Shown here: positions 38,455 through 51,648 of the stretch, piece after piece
Layout: the number at the start of each line of letters is the position of its first letter
Position numbering within the stretch: the first letter of the stretch is position 1
Source of the DNA: Selaginella moellendorffii
Taxonomy: Eukaryota > Plantae > Lycopodiophyta
DNA length: 64,000 bases
Direction of reading: 5' to 3'
Assembly: GCF_000143415.4 (NCBI RefSeq)
Contig: NW_003314303.1
Span: 966,613 to 1,030,612, forward strand
Translations under genes and position numbers: made by a program
The notes under the pieces: model-generated
Database searches by the model: none
What the model was told of the DNA's origin: nothing
The model's input: only the letters and a program-made list of their open reading frames with translations

Positions 38455-39699
38455 CCTCCGTGCTGGTGAGCTATCGGTTCTAACTCTGTATCCTTTGCTT
38501 TCAAGTTCTTAGATCTTCGTGGAGCTCTCGAGAATCTAGCGTCCCTTTCCTCCTTCCCGGCAAGGTACCAAAGCTATCTATCACTCGCTCGCCTCTACCT
38601 TCGTCTCATTTTGTTCCAGATTCCCGGGGATGTGAGCGCTGGAAAACACGATAACACGGTGCTCGTGTTTGGCGACTACTGACCTGGTAAACACGAGCTC
38701 CTTTCTCCCCCCCACGCTCACTCACTGCTTCTTCCTCGAATCGATCACTTCCGAGAGACCCATTAGTTACTGCGAAATCTGCGAGAACTTGCTCCACCTA
38801 ACTAAGAGGGAGCATGAGAGAAGAACAGCGAGGGTAAAGAGAGAGAGAAGACCGAGACAACAGCGAAACAAAACAAGCAAAGGAAGCAAGCAAGAAGAAG
38901 ATTATTTCTTTATGAGAGAGACATAGAGTGAGAGAAGAAAACCAAGGCGGAAGAAGAAGAAGAACAATGAAGAAAATTTCACCGAGGCACTGTGCTGAAT
39001 GCGACAGCGAGACAGGCAGTGAGAAGGCAGAGAAAGGCACTGGTGCTGCTCAGTATAAGCATATGATAAGAATGAAAGGTACAATGTTTTTCAAGTTTTA
39101 TTTCTGGTGATTTTTCTATGCTCCAATCTTTTGCCTGTTGGTTTACTCCAACTTGTGTTATCTATCATTCTGGAGCTATCTCATCTCCATCTCCATGGTC
39201 TTGTTCTTCCTGAAAGTTTTGGAGTCTTGGTAGTGGTTTGTTTGCTTCTTTCGTTTCTTGTATGGGAGAGGATGTTCTTCTTCTTTCTTCTGCTTGGACT
39301 GGGGAACCAGTCCAAGATGGGCAGCCAATGCCGCGTTCCAAGGATAATTAGTTTTGTATTATGGATTCTAGAATCATGTTTAGATGATAAGTTATTAGCA
39401 ATGGAATCCAAGCGGAAGTCCAGCAACAGGTCAACTGTTGTGATGCTAGATACGAGAAAAGCTTCCCAAACGACTAGAGCTATGTTTTTTTAGTTCTAGT
39501 GGAGAAGAGTTTGTATCAAAACCAAAATGTGATCTTGCTGTGAGTGGAGTTTTCGACAGAATGTTGCAAGAACAACACGGTGATGTGTTCTCTTTTTTAC
39601 TTCAGAAAACACAAGAATCGGGCTCTGATTTGAGAGCAATCACAGGATCATTCTATGCGCTTTCTTATCCCACCTTCCATGTTCGAATTCATGATCAGT

Positions 39700-40420
39700 G
39701 TGACACTGACTGCCGTTTCTTGCATGTGTGACTTTCACCTTAACAATGTTGCCATGAGAACAAACCAAGCGGCATTTTGCTTGGCAATCTTCTTCATAGC
39801 TCGAGCTCCACTCCGCACTGAATCCGGCAGGCACCCAGCAGTGTTTTCCACACCACCACATACTCCGGAACTGGCATGCTTTGCAGCAGCTGCTCCGCCT
39901 CGGAAAGCCTCCCGACTCGTCCAAAATCATCGATTAGTCCGTAGAGATTGACGAACACTCCTTCAGGCTCGCGCACGCGTCCAGCGCGACGCGGTTGAGA
40001 TTCAGGCGCCCTCGAGCCGCAAGTGGCAGAAGAGATCCATCCCCCCATTCTAGATTCGTAGTAGCTCACCACATTCTTAATTCTCAAAGAGAACATTTGC
40101 CTGGAAAATATGCCCGTTCTCGGCATATGCCTGGATCATGGTGCTGTAAGAAAACACATTCGTATCGTCCATTGAATTGAACATTGGCTTGGCCTTCTTC
40201 AAAAACCCCACCTCTGCACACCCATAACTTATAGTGTTACGATATATAAGATCTCACTCTGCCGTCTCCTCCAAATCCCCATTGTGGGCATTAACGACAC
40301 AAGCCTTCGATAAAAAATCTCTCTCGTTCTCCACCTCCTCATTCTCCAGAGTGTGCCTGGAAGATCGGGTTCCAGCAGCCTGTCCTCAAGGCTGCCGCAT
40401 CCATTTTCAAGGCAAGATTG
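39700..40420 (-). pseudogene. PLS/E-class PPR pseudogene fragment
   Basis: MIQAYAENGH, and LIDDFGRVGRLSEAEQLLQSMP..VVWKTLLGACRI (E-domain start), disrupted. Confidence 0.78.
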
Positions 40421-41920
40421 GAGAGGTATCGATTGAGCTCGTAGTTTCATGCCACGATGGAAGGAAGCGATTGGGATTGCTCGGCTGGGGCAAAAGGACC
40501 CAAAATCCCAGAGAGTTCTTGGATGGATTTTTTTCCTGCTACTAGTGAATTTAGTGTGTTCTTTGTCTACGATGGTTCCTATCTTTCGTCAGCTCAGCGA
40601 ATACTGAGGAGGGGAAGATATCCATTCTGTGAAAGCTAAGAATAATGGTTGATGATGATGCTTTGTTCATTTGCTTGATGGAATTTTTTTGTTTTGGTTC
40701 ATTTTAAGATAGAGATGTATGAACTCAGGATCTCTGGTGCACTCTTCATAGCACCTTCTCATACTTCAGCCAAGGATCCTCAAAGTCACATGTATTGATG
40801 CAAGTCTTTGTTACATGACACCTCACCACATAGACATTAAGGTTTTCTTGTTCTGTCCGCTAGTGTGGTGGGCTTTGATCCCGATTTGTCTCATGGTATT
40901 GGAGTTGGGATAGTGCTATGGAAGGAAAGCCATCTATTCACGAGTTTGATGGAGAAGGGTTTGAGAACATCCATTTACAAATGGATTCTTTGAGGTTAGA
41001 GGAAAATGGTAGTATCCAAACTCACATTACCAAGTTTTAGGGCTTCTTCACACAACTTGCAGCTGTTAGGGTAAAGTACTGTCTCACGGATGAATTCTAT
41101 AGGTTCTTGCCAGTTAGTTGGAAGAATGCAATTGAGAGCCTGTTTCTCCAACCAAGGATGACTTGAGCAGATGTTGTGAGGAGTCTTTGCAACATTAAGG
41201 GCATGCGAAGCGAGAGAGTAGAAATGCTGTAGGCTATGTATGCTTCGCAGGCTTTTGGTGATGCCAAGGTGGCAAAACCGCATACAGTTGCAAATGCCTA
41301 AAAAGGGCAAAATTCTGTGGCATCTGGGCATGCAAAGTTTAAATTTGCCAAGAATCAGTGTGCTTGCTACTTGGAGATGGGCGCGGACCATACTTGAGCT
41401 CACGAGTTGAAGAGTTGAGCTCACGAGTTGAGCTCAATTTTCAATTGTAATTTAGTACAAACATTATAAATTTTAAAATTTTAAGGTTATGGCGAACCTA
41501 ATAATTTAATAACTCTCTATATATTATATAGATAAAAATGTTCTAAAGAACACATTTTGTTCTAATAATTTAAATATTTACTACATGCAATGATAGGGAC
41601 ATTTGTTAGAACATAAAATAAAATGTTTGAAAAAAGAGTATTCTTGTCACTTCTTTAAATTTGTACTCTATGCTTTCTGGCTAGTAAATGTTAGGTTTGT
41701 CAGAATTAAAAAATTATTAAATTTGAAATAAGATTCTATGTAAAGCCATATAACCGTTTGAAAGGAAAAAAAATAACCGTTGATTTAAGCTTATTGCATA
41801 TAAAAGAAAGACTTGGTTCTTTGTAGAATACATTCTTGAGGGGTTTGTCGTAGCATACTGTCTAGAATTTATAGATCTTCATTCACACTCTCATTCGAAA
41901 AAAGGGAAATACACCCACAA

Positions 41921-42371
41921 ATGTCTATGGGTTCTAGTGTTGGTAATTTTAACTCTCACAATCTTTCTTCCCAGGGCTCAAGGGCTAGGAGATGCAATAA
42001 TTATCCCATTGCACAGCATAACCAAATCACACAAGAGAATGAAAGAGAGAATAGTGAGGATAGTGATCATGAGTTGGAGATAAATGCAATGACAGAGGGT
42101 GCAACAAATTGGGTGAAAAAGAATGCCCTCTTACTTGTTTAAGAAAAGTGCAATTCTGCCACTTTCAAGAAGTGCCCCATATGTTTTCTAGACTGCTGGA
42201 AACAATGGCAATGATCAGTATGATGGTATATATGCTCTTGCGACACACTGCAACATCACGCACCCGAAAGACTACGATGAAATCTTTTATGAGATGGTAA
42301 AGACAGAAATGGAGACACACGAGTACTATGGGCAGTATTGCGAGAAGAACACTCGGAAGCATATAAAATGA
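41921..42371 (+). pseudogene. Small zinc-finger gene (CPIC...HC..TH), one stop and one frameshift
   Basis: Reading through TAA 42140-42142 gives KCPICFLD; after a shift near 42193 it reads GIYALATHCNITH..FYEMVKTEMETHEYY. Confidence 0.6.
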
Positions 42372-42399
42372 AAAGTGAAATGAAAAAGCACATTTGTAT

Positions 42400-45300
42400 T
42401 AATTATATAAAGTATAATAAGTTTTATTGATAGAGAATAAACATCGATAGTGTTGGAGAAATCTAATTAGCTCCAAAAGTTTTCTACAACTCAGCAATAG
42501 TAAGGCTTGCTTGGTGTATATGAATATCCACTTTAGGATCCTGGTGCAAGATGTTGATGAAGATGTAGTACATATGCTTGCAAGGAGCATATGCCTTCCC
42601 GTGTTCCTCGCGCTTCGTAAAGTCTAGACATGTGCAAGAAGGAAAGTCGTGAATGGCAATTGTGTACTCTCCACCTTCTGTTTTGACTATGTACTCCTTT
42701 GCAAGCGCAGTGATGTACTTTGTGGAGAGAATCTCACACTCAAGTGTTTGAGCCAAGTTTATTTTACCTTGCTTCTACTTGGAGACGGTACTAATAAATT
42801 TAACTGCTTTACCTTTTCGTGCTTGCCTCCTGTGCATCTCTGTAGGAATAGTCCTGCTCCTGTCACTCATGTCTCCAACTCTCCTCTCAAGATTAAAACC
42901 AGATTTCTCAAGGTTTTCAATCTCATCCGAGGTGAGCGCGACCCCATTAGCAACCGGCCATTCTTTAGGTACTGCATCAGGTTTAGTCACTATAGTGTCT
43001 TCAAGCCGCTTCGTATGGTTGGCGTCGGTGTTGCAACAATATAGCCAGCACCATCTTGAAAATCCTGCTTGCTTTCGTTCCCCATAGAAACATGGGGCTG
43101 GAACAGAAGCAGATTTTTCACCACGAATCCAGGCCCAACACTTGCCCCTCGGAAGCATCCCCACACACCTTACATTTGATTTTGCTGGCACACGTCGGAT
43201 TGCCCATTGCTTCGGCTCCACGCTACGGTAAGCAATTTCAACCTGTTGCGATGCACTCTCTTCATCAGCCACTTGAGGTGGCTCAGTCCGAGAGCGGTGT
43301 CTTGGAGCAGAATGGTACTCGACATTAGGCCTGTGGGAGCTTTTTGCTCCAAGGTCCATACCAACATCTTCCCCAGCAAAGGAAAAACGACGCTTTGAGT
43401 GGACAGTCTTCATATCACCAATAGAAGCTCGGGGAGTGTACTCCATAGATGTGCCACGGACCACTTCCTCAACTGCAGTTGCCACTGTTCGGGCGGGTGG
43501 AGTTAATTTTCTCTTCATCCTATCATGTAACATCTCAACAGAAGGCCCTATTCCCATGTATCTTCCTTCCTCGAATGCCAGTGCTTTTGAAGATTGCTCT
43601 ATAGCACGTATCAAATCTGATAGACAGGCTTCGTATAGACTCATCTTCCCTTTCCCTGCCTCAGAGGAACGCCAACTCCAATGCTTACTTTCAGAGAGAT
43701 TCACAGTTGGGGTGTATGCGAGGTCCTCAAGTGGTTGATCCTAATGGAAAAGGCAATATTAAAAGGTAATAAAAGGAGAAGAAAAAATATAAACCAACCT
43801 GAAAAGAGTGATGTTCCCATTGGAACATCCTAACTTCCCACCATCCTAACCATGACTCAAGTTGTGGTAGGCAACTTACGTCTGTATGGCCATCTTCACG
43901 CCACCACATTCGGATCTCATTTGCTTTTGCCTCATGCTCTTCTTCAGAAGGTGCAACCTGCCATTGTTTGCACAACTCCTTAAATATTGATTGAAACTCT
44001 GGCTTGATAAGATGGCAGTGCTAGTTTAGTCTTTGAGCCCAATGGAACTCACAAGTCCTCTCACGACCTTCCAATGGTTGACCATTCCCAAAAACTGCTC
44101 GGATACCATTCCAGTTTGCACCAGCCCCATCTGCCATGAAACCACGAAAGTTTGCAGGCTTACCAGTCCGCTTTAGGACAATATCAGAGAGGGACTTCCA
44201 AAATATTTCCTGTGCTATCTGGTCTTGTACTTTAAACTCTGCTGTCGCAATTGTTAAATTACAACGTAGCCTATAAAAACATAAATATTATAACAATTTT
44301 AATATAATGAGAATAAAAATTACCTTGGATCATACACATGAGCTCCCATGGTTGTCCAACCGGATACACGCTCCATATGGTCAAAATGTACCCATGCATT
44401 TGCAAGGTCACTGGACCCAAACATGTCCATTCGGGAGACAAGATCTACGCCAGAGGCAGGGCCCATGGTAGACATTTTGAAGACGAAGGGGCGCTCTTGC
44501 TCATTCACAACTTGGTCTGGAAACAAACTTCCGTGGATGAACTCGTATGGACAAGTCCGTTTCAATTCAAGGATGGAGTCAATTTTTGATTGCAACTTCC
44601 CCTCTCAAGATTCACACATCCAAGATTTTATCCTAAAAAATATAATGTAAGAAAAAATTATTATTATAACGTATGAAAAATAATGGATGTACCTCCTTAG
44701 GCTAGTAGCAAGTTGTACTCCTCGTAGTAAGTCCTGCAAGCTAGTCTCGTTTAGTTGAGTCTTTTGGCAACCTGGATTGAGTAAGGTATTTGCGATAAAA
44801 TCCTTGAGGACGGTCTTCTGAACATGCTTCGGAGTTGCAGATGAGTTTCTCATAGTCTCTTCCTGTACAACATCTTTGAAACAAACTTCCGTGGATGAAC
44901 TCGTATGGACAAGTCCGTTTCAATTCAAGGATGGAGTCAATTTTTGATTGCAACTTCCCCTCTCAAGATTCACACATCCAAGATTTTATCCTAAAAAATA
45001 TAATGTAAGAAAAAATTATTATTATAACGTATGAAAAATAACGGATGTACCTCCTTAGGCTAGTAGCAAGTTGTACTCCTCGTAGTAAGTCCTGCAAGCT
45101 AGTCTCGTTTAGTTGAGTCTTTTGGCAACCTGGATTGAGTAAGGTATTTGCGATAAAATCCTTGAGGACGGTCTTCTGAACATGCTTCGGAGTTGCAGAT
45201 GAGTTTCTCATAGTCTCTTCCTGTACAGCATCTTTGAAACGGTTGAGAGAACTCCTTTGTATCCCTTCCTGCATTGGATGCATATGTGTGCCAACATGCA

Positions 45301-45904
45301 CTGCAGCTCTTCCAGCCACTCCATCCCGTGGAAGAAAGTAGTACATCTTGGCATCGCAGATAGTATGACATAGAGGAGCATTTTTGCAGAATCGACATTT
45401 GAATCCAACAGCAATGGTGTCACAGGCTGGAGGATTGACTGCAGACCCTTCGAAAAATATAGAGTTTCTAGAGCGGTCTTGATTGCATGCTTCATCCACA
45501 CAATCTAAATGCCCGCCACAATGAACTATAGACACTGTGCCTTCAAAATGTTGGAAGTGTGTGGTCTTGATCTTGCACCAATTGTGGACATCCTACTTGG
45601 TTTCCATCCCCTTCTGTTTGGAACCTATGCTGCTGACAAGAGGTGGTAGCTCGAAGAAAATGTTGCCGTTGTAGGAGGATGGAAGCTCACTCACAAGCCT
45701 ATACAAAAACAAGTGCACGTCGATTGAGAGGCGTGAAAACTGGAAAGCATTGCTAACGGCTTTGAATATTGCTGAAGTTGGAGCTGGAGCTGGTGAATTT
45801 GGCACCGACACTAGCATGACATCTTCACTTGAACTAGAAGAGGACGAGAGGATAACGACTGACTCTTGCTTCACATTCACTTTCGCTGGAGCGCATTTTG
45901 GCAT
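42400..45904 (-). pseudogene. MULE transposase (GCM-like DBD, DDE core, SWIM finger), spliced and disrupted
   Basis: C/H-rich CGGHLDC...CRFC...HVGTHMHP; FDHMERVSGW; GFMADGAGANW; CEFHW; SWIM CTCLDF...PCKH. Stops at ~45593 and ~44023. Confidence 0.88.
44520..45235. repeat. 358-bp tandem duplication inside the transposase
   Basis: 44520-44877 and 44878-45235 are nearly identical; GAAAC microhomology at the junction. Confidence 0.92.
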
Positions 45905-47054
45905 TTTGACTAGAGATCCAAACACTCGAATCTCCTTCGACTTGGAATTTTGTAAATCCCATTGTTGTCCACCCTCGCCCACACCAGAAAGAAGAAACTC
46001 CGAGTATGCAACTATACCGGTGTCGTTGCGGATCACAGCCTCTAAAGAAATAGAGCCAAGACGAAGATCAAAACGCTGACATAAAAAACTTTCAGAAACA
46101 ATACTCTGAGAGAATGAAAGAGGTGGGTGATCTTGAAAATGAAGAAGAAACCTCTCCATCCTTCTCAATAGGTTTTGGAGTTCTCTCTCTTTATGCTACT
46201 TGTAAAAATCTATAGTGAAACATAATTGAAATTTAAATAGAGTAATAAGAAGACAATGTATAAAATGAATTTAAATTCTATAGCAAATTTAACATGTGTA
46301 AGTGTGACAGTATTAATATTACTGTCATCTATTATGATGTCTGATGCATGCATACACATAGATCCAAGGAAAGATTTTCAGCACGTGAAGTTTGATAGTT
46401 AATAATGATACCAGTAATGACATTCTGCTATAACGTGTCAAACCAAGAGATCCAAACTAACTATCAGCATGTGTGATATGTCAAGTTGTCAAATTTTGAG
46501 TGGTAGATGATAATAAATCTTGTCAAATCTTATTTTTCAATAACAGATTTGATTCGTAGTACAACTCAAGTTTTATCCATAATTGTGAACACTGCTCAAT
46601 GACATTTAAAGCACGTGCCTATTGTTTAGGATCTAATACAGTACAAAATAAATTTCTGGATGAGGATTCATCCATTCATAGATGGATATAGTACAACATA
46701 TTTTAACGTGCCTTATTTATACTCTTTGAAGTTCTTGTAACAATTCCAAAATATGTACAAAATAGTGATGAGAATGCATCCTTTCTAGATAATTTGTAAA
46801 ATATAATATCATATCTCTAATAACAGAAGTGTTGATAGGTGCTAGTTATACCATCATTAAAATATACAAAATAAAGAAGCATAATTTACATATAATAATA
46901 ATGATAAGATAAAATAAGATCAAAGATATTGTGATGGTAGAGATTTAGGTTATTCGGAATGAACGGCCAGGATTAGAGATTGGTTAGGGTTAGGGCAGCC
47001 GTCAGGATTAGGGTTAGGGTAGCCGCCAAGATTAGGTTACTGTTCGCATCGTGA

Positions 47055-47390
47055 GTGGAGCGCGCAAGAGATCGAGAGATTGAGCGCGAAAGAGATCGGG
47101 GGATTGAGCGCGAAGGAGATCGAGCGATTGAGCGTGCAAGAGATCGAGAGATTGAGCGTGCAAGAGATCGAGAGATTGAGCGCGTAAGAGATCGAGAGAT
47201 TGAGCGCGCGAGCGGGAGAGATTGAGCGCGCAAGCAGGAGAGATTGAGCGCACGAGAAGGAGAGATTGAGCGCGCGAGAAGGAGAGATTGAGCGCGCGAG
47301 CAGGAGAGATTGAGCGCGCGAGCAGGAGAGATTGAGCGTGCGAGCAAGAGAGATTGAGTGCGCGAGCGGGAGAGATTGAGCGCACAAGAA
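47055..47390. repeat. CG-rich minisatellite of 24-bp then 22-bp units (GATTGAGCGCGC...)
   Basis: About 14 copies of the GAGATTGAGCG core are directly visible. Confidence 0.92.
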
Positions 47391-47529
47391 ATCTAGCACG
47401 ATCAAGAAATCGAGGGAGGAAAGATGCCGCCAAGGGTGAGTTTCGATTTGATTGCTTCCACTTCCATTCCATTTCTTCCCTTTTTTTTCTTGATTGCTTC
47501 TTTGCTGGCCGAGGTCGAGCTCGGGCGGG

Positions 47530-47613
47530 CCACCTCGGGCAGTTTTGCTTGCCGAGGGGCCGAGGTTATTTGAATAACCTCGGCCCCCTGGGCAGCCAAA
47601 GTGCCCGAGGTGG
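47530..47613. other. Long GC-rich inverted repeat (hairpin)
   Basis: CCACCTCGGGCA...GGGGCCGAGGTTATT-TG-AATAACCTCGGCCCC...TGCCCGAGGTGG. Confidence 0.88.
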
Positions 47614-48431
47614 AGTCTAGGCCCACTTGATTTTTTTTTTCTCTTTGACTGTTTGAATTTCTNNNNNNNNNNNNNNNNNNNNNNNNNNNNNNNNNNNNNN
47701 NNNNNNNNNNNNNNNNNNNNNNNNNNNNNNNNNNNNNNNNNNNNNNNNNNNNNNNNNNNNNNNNNNNNNNNNNNNNNNNNNNNNNNNNNNNNNNNNNNNN
47801 NNNNNNNNNNNNNNNNNNNNNNNNNNNNNNNNNNNNNNNNNNNNNNNNNNNNNNNNNNNNNNNNNNNNNNNNNNNNNNNNNNNNNNNNNNNNNNNNNNNN
47901 NNNNNNNNNNNNNNNNNNNNNNNNNNNNNNNNNNNNNNNNNNNNNNNNNNNNNNNNNNNNNNNNNNNNNNNNNNNNNNNNNNNNNNNNNNNNNNNNNNNN
48001 NNNNNNNNNNNNNNNNNNNNNNNNNNNNNNNNNNNNNNNNNNNNNNNNNNNNNNNNNNNNNNNNNNNNNNNNNNNNNNNNNNNNNNNNNNNNNNNNNNNN
48101 NNNNNNNNNNNNNNNNNNNNNNNNNNNNNNNNNNNNNNNNNNNNNNNNNNNNNNNNNNNNNNNNNNNNNNNNNNNNNNNNNNNNNNNNNNNNNNNNNNNN
48201 NNNNNNNNNNNNNNNNNNNNNNNNNNNNNNNNNNNNNNNNNNNNNNNNNNNNNNNNNNNNNNNNNNNNNNNNNNNNNNNNNNNNNNNNNNNNNNNNNNNN
48301 NNNNNNNNNNNNNNNNNNNNNNNNNNNNNNNNNNNNNNNNNNNNNNNNNNNNNNNNNNNNNNNNNNNNNNNNNNNNNNNNNNNNNNNNNNNNNNNNNNNN
48401 NNNNNNNNNNNNNNNNNNNNNNNNNNNNNNN

Positions 48432-51339
48432 CACCTGAGATTGTGAATAGCTGGGATCCTATTTGGAGGAGGAAGTTCCCTAGAATTTGATGACATGCTT
48501 ATCAGACATCCTGAGACTCAACAGCTTGCGGGGACAATGTTCCAAATTATTGACGGTAACCACTGATATGGAGCTTGGATGAAGTGTATCGACAATCATT
48601 TTTGCGATGATCCTGTCTACCATATCAACGTTCTAGTCAGCCATGTCTACGCGAGGGGACCTTTGGATGTCAACAGACTTATCTTGGCCTGCCAAAATAT
48701 CAATGCGTAAGTTTTATAATTTTAACTCTAACTCCACTTTAACTTGTTTTGTTGTGTTTAAATGTAGGCTTGGGCAGTTCGCTGTTCAAAAACAAAATCT
48801 TGTCCATGACATCGAGCAACTTCGATTTTTGGCAGACTTGAGTGAGGATGACATCCGCCAACATTATGGTGATGATCTCGCAACACTTGTTCGGCACTCA
48901 CGCACTCGAAATGACGGTACAACTTGGTTCAACAACCCAATCAATTTTATGCTCGCTGTGTGGTGTAAGGTATGTCTTTCCCTTTTATTTTATAAAAGCC
49001 TCTTTTAATTATTTTGGTTTTTAGCCTTTGGTGAAGGTCAAGCAGGATGCTTACGAACTTGCATATCCGGAGAAGAGTCGGGAAGAGCTTTCAGCTGAGT
49101 TTGTACAAATTGAGCACAAAATTCAGCATGCAAAGTCCTCAAAGTTGAAGAAACTAGTATGCATTGCAGACAATCGCAGGCCGAAGGAGTGGCTAGAGAC
49201 TATAGCCAAAATTTCTTCTCATGAATGTAAGTTTTTTATCACACTTCATTTTTCTTAATTATGCATATGTTACTTTTGCAGTGAACAAAACTCCAGATGA
49301 CATGATTTACAATATCGCAAAATCGAAGCTTCCATATAAGCAACAGATAGAGACTCTGGAGTTCCTCAATGTCTGCTTGATGAACAGAGAGAAAGGACTG
49401 CCAGAACTATTTGAGAACATGATGAGAAGGGCTGTCTACATCACGCAAACTATAAGTGAAGGTGAGAAGTTCTTGGCACCACACATTGGTGACGATCCAG
49501 ATGGCACATTCATGTCTTTCGACACCTACATCAACACGTCATTGGAAGGGATCGAAGAGGGGTGGCTGCCAAAGAAGTCTACAAGCACAACAACTTATGA
49601 TTGCCAATATGGTCAACCTTATTTCATGCGACGTGCAGCTTATAGGTATAATATGATTTCTAAGACTGTTTTTTAATATATATTGTTTACAGGTATCTTC
49701 GATATAGAGGCATGCCATTTGAGGCACCAGTTTGCACTCGACTTGTTGCAAAGGGTGTAAGAGATGGAGGAATGTATCCAACAATGTTTGCGAGAGTTCC
49801 AAAGGCACGGAAGATAGAATGCCCTTGGGAGTTGGAGCTCCTAGGGAAGGAGACCTCTACACTAGATCGCGAGGAAATTATCAATGCTAGCAACGATGGC
49901 AATGCAAGTGACGATGGAGACGAGGATGAGGAAGCTCCAGATCAAGTTCATGTTCCACCACCAGACAGTCAGGAACAGGCTCCAATTCAACCATCAAACA
50001 ACCAAGATCCGGATCAGGTTTTACCAGTAAATAACGATGATCAAGTGGTTCACAGAATATCACGTCGACCTCGAGGTAAGCAAAAGTGAATTTTACAAAC
50101 TAAAGGTGGTAATACATATTTTTTGCAGCAATGACTGTTGGTAGTAATTTCATTCCAGCTCGACGAGATGCTCGTGAAAAGGAGTTGGAGGAACTCTCAT
50201 CGACAACACGCCATATGACGGTATCATACTATTTATTACTTTTTTCATTCACTTAGCTCTTTTATAGGTCCGTCCTGTGTCCCCAATAACACAATGAGGC
50301 ATTGTGGGTATCTTCATTGGCTCTTACAGTAGATTATTGACATCTTTCACGGAAGACGACATCAACATGGATATACGCCGCCAGTTCAACCGTTGGTGCC
50401 GAAAGATACAAAGGCCCGTGCTCCCAGTTGTGGACTTCATTCTCTTCGACTTTCCAGATGGTCTTTCAGATATTGATGGGAAAGTTGAGGATTGGAACTT
50501 TCTCACACCTGGCCACTTGCGCGATGCATTCCTATTGTCCGAAGTACTTATGCTCGAAGCTGGCCACATCGTCTTCATCCTACCGAACGACCCCAACTGG
50601 ATGTATGAGCTTATGACGTGCGCAGTAGAAGTTCATTTCAAGTCATTCTCTTCCGGGTGCATTATGGATCCTATTGGCGTTGATACGAGGGGCGTCCAAG
50701 GGAAGCCTGAAAAGGTGAGTATGTATTTTATATTTTTATCTAATTTCTAAACATTTTTATTTTCCAGGTTATGATGTGGACCTATCATGCCTTCTGCAGA
50801 AACACACATGATGGGTTTCGTGATAGCGAACGTGCAGCACGTGTTTTGCCTGGGTACGACAGTTCCACTAACATCATACCCAACCTTGTGGATGAGCAGA
50901 TCCGCAACACGTTTCCAGGGTACCGATTCCGAACTCCATCAGCAATGCAAGTCTTGCTTGAGCTCTATTGCCCACCAGATGGTATTGTGATTGATTGCAC
51001 AGCAGGTAGCGGTTCTATGGTGGAGGCAGCACGTGACTCTAGTAGGTCGGTGTTTGCTATTGAAGAACATCATTTCTTCAAACGCCGGCTCAGAGGATTT
51101 CATGAGTTGCCTTCAACCTCAAGGAGGTAAATTATGTTTATTAAAATTTCAATATATATTTCATTCTATTTTATAGATCACAGTCACCTGGAGTTTCTAG
51201 AATTGGAGGCTTTCGAAGTCTCCCTGACTATGCAGAAGCCATGGCTCAACATATGCAAGATGAATCTTCCCCACAATACCACTATAGGAGGAAGTATAAA
51301 AGAAATCATTATGTTGATGATGAGGCAGAAGAAAGTTAA
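48432..51339 (+). pseudogene. Spliced ParB/Srx-like + beta-class N6/N4 DNA methyltransferase-like gene (5' end lies in the assembly gap)
   Basis: FQIIDGNH(TGA)YGAW at ~48540-48578. Motif IV region VDFILFDFPDG at ~50430-50462 precedes motif X/I region LLELYCPPDGIVIDCTAGSGSMVEAA..SRSVFAIE at ~50954-51064. About 9 exons with GT-AG introns. Confidence 0.78.
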
Positions 51340-51648
51340 TTGCATCCTTACATAAAATGGAAAGCTTGTTATATGTTAGATGTCAGTGAAAGTGTCAGAT
51401 GTCAGTAAAATTGTCAGATGTCAGTGTCAGTGTCAGATACCATAATTATAGATTATCATTCTCACCTGTCACCATCACTTTGTAGCGTTTGTGTGTTGCC
51501 ATCTCCTCCTTCAACATTTTGTAAACAATTGTATGTGATATGATAGCACCTTCTAGAACAAGGTATGTTACCTGCAACTAATATCATTTTATTATATTTT
51601 TTCTTTTAATAGTGACAATACTATAGTATAGTAAAGTAATTCTAGATC

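Noticed and set aside
47055-47390. CRISPR-like array (also considered 52284-52423 and 59280-59730)
   Set aside because: No unique spacers, eukaryotic context; these are simple tandem repeats.
47530-47620. Helitron 3' end (hairpin + CTAG)
   Set aside because: The hairpin is much longer than typical and the CTAG is followed by G, not T.
47037-48496. Long ORFs in the ORF track
   Set aside because: Artefacts of the N gap and repeat translation.
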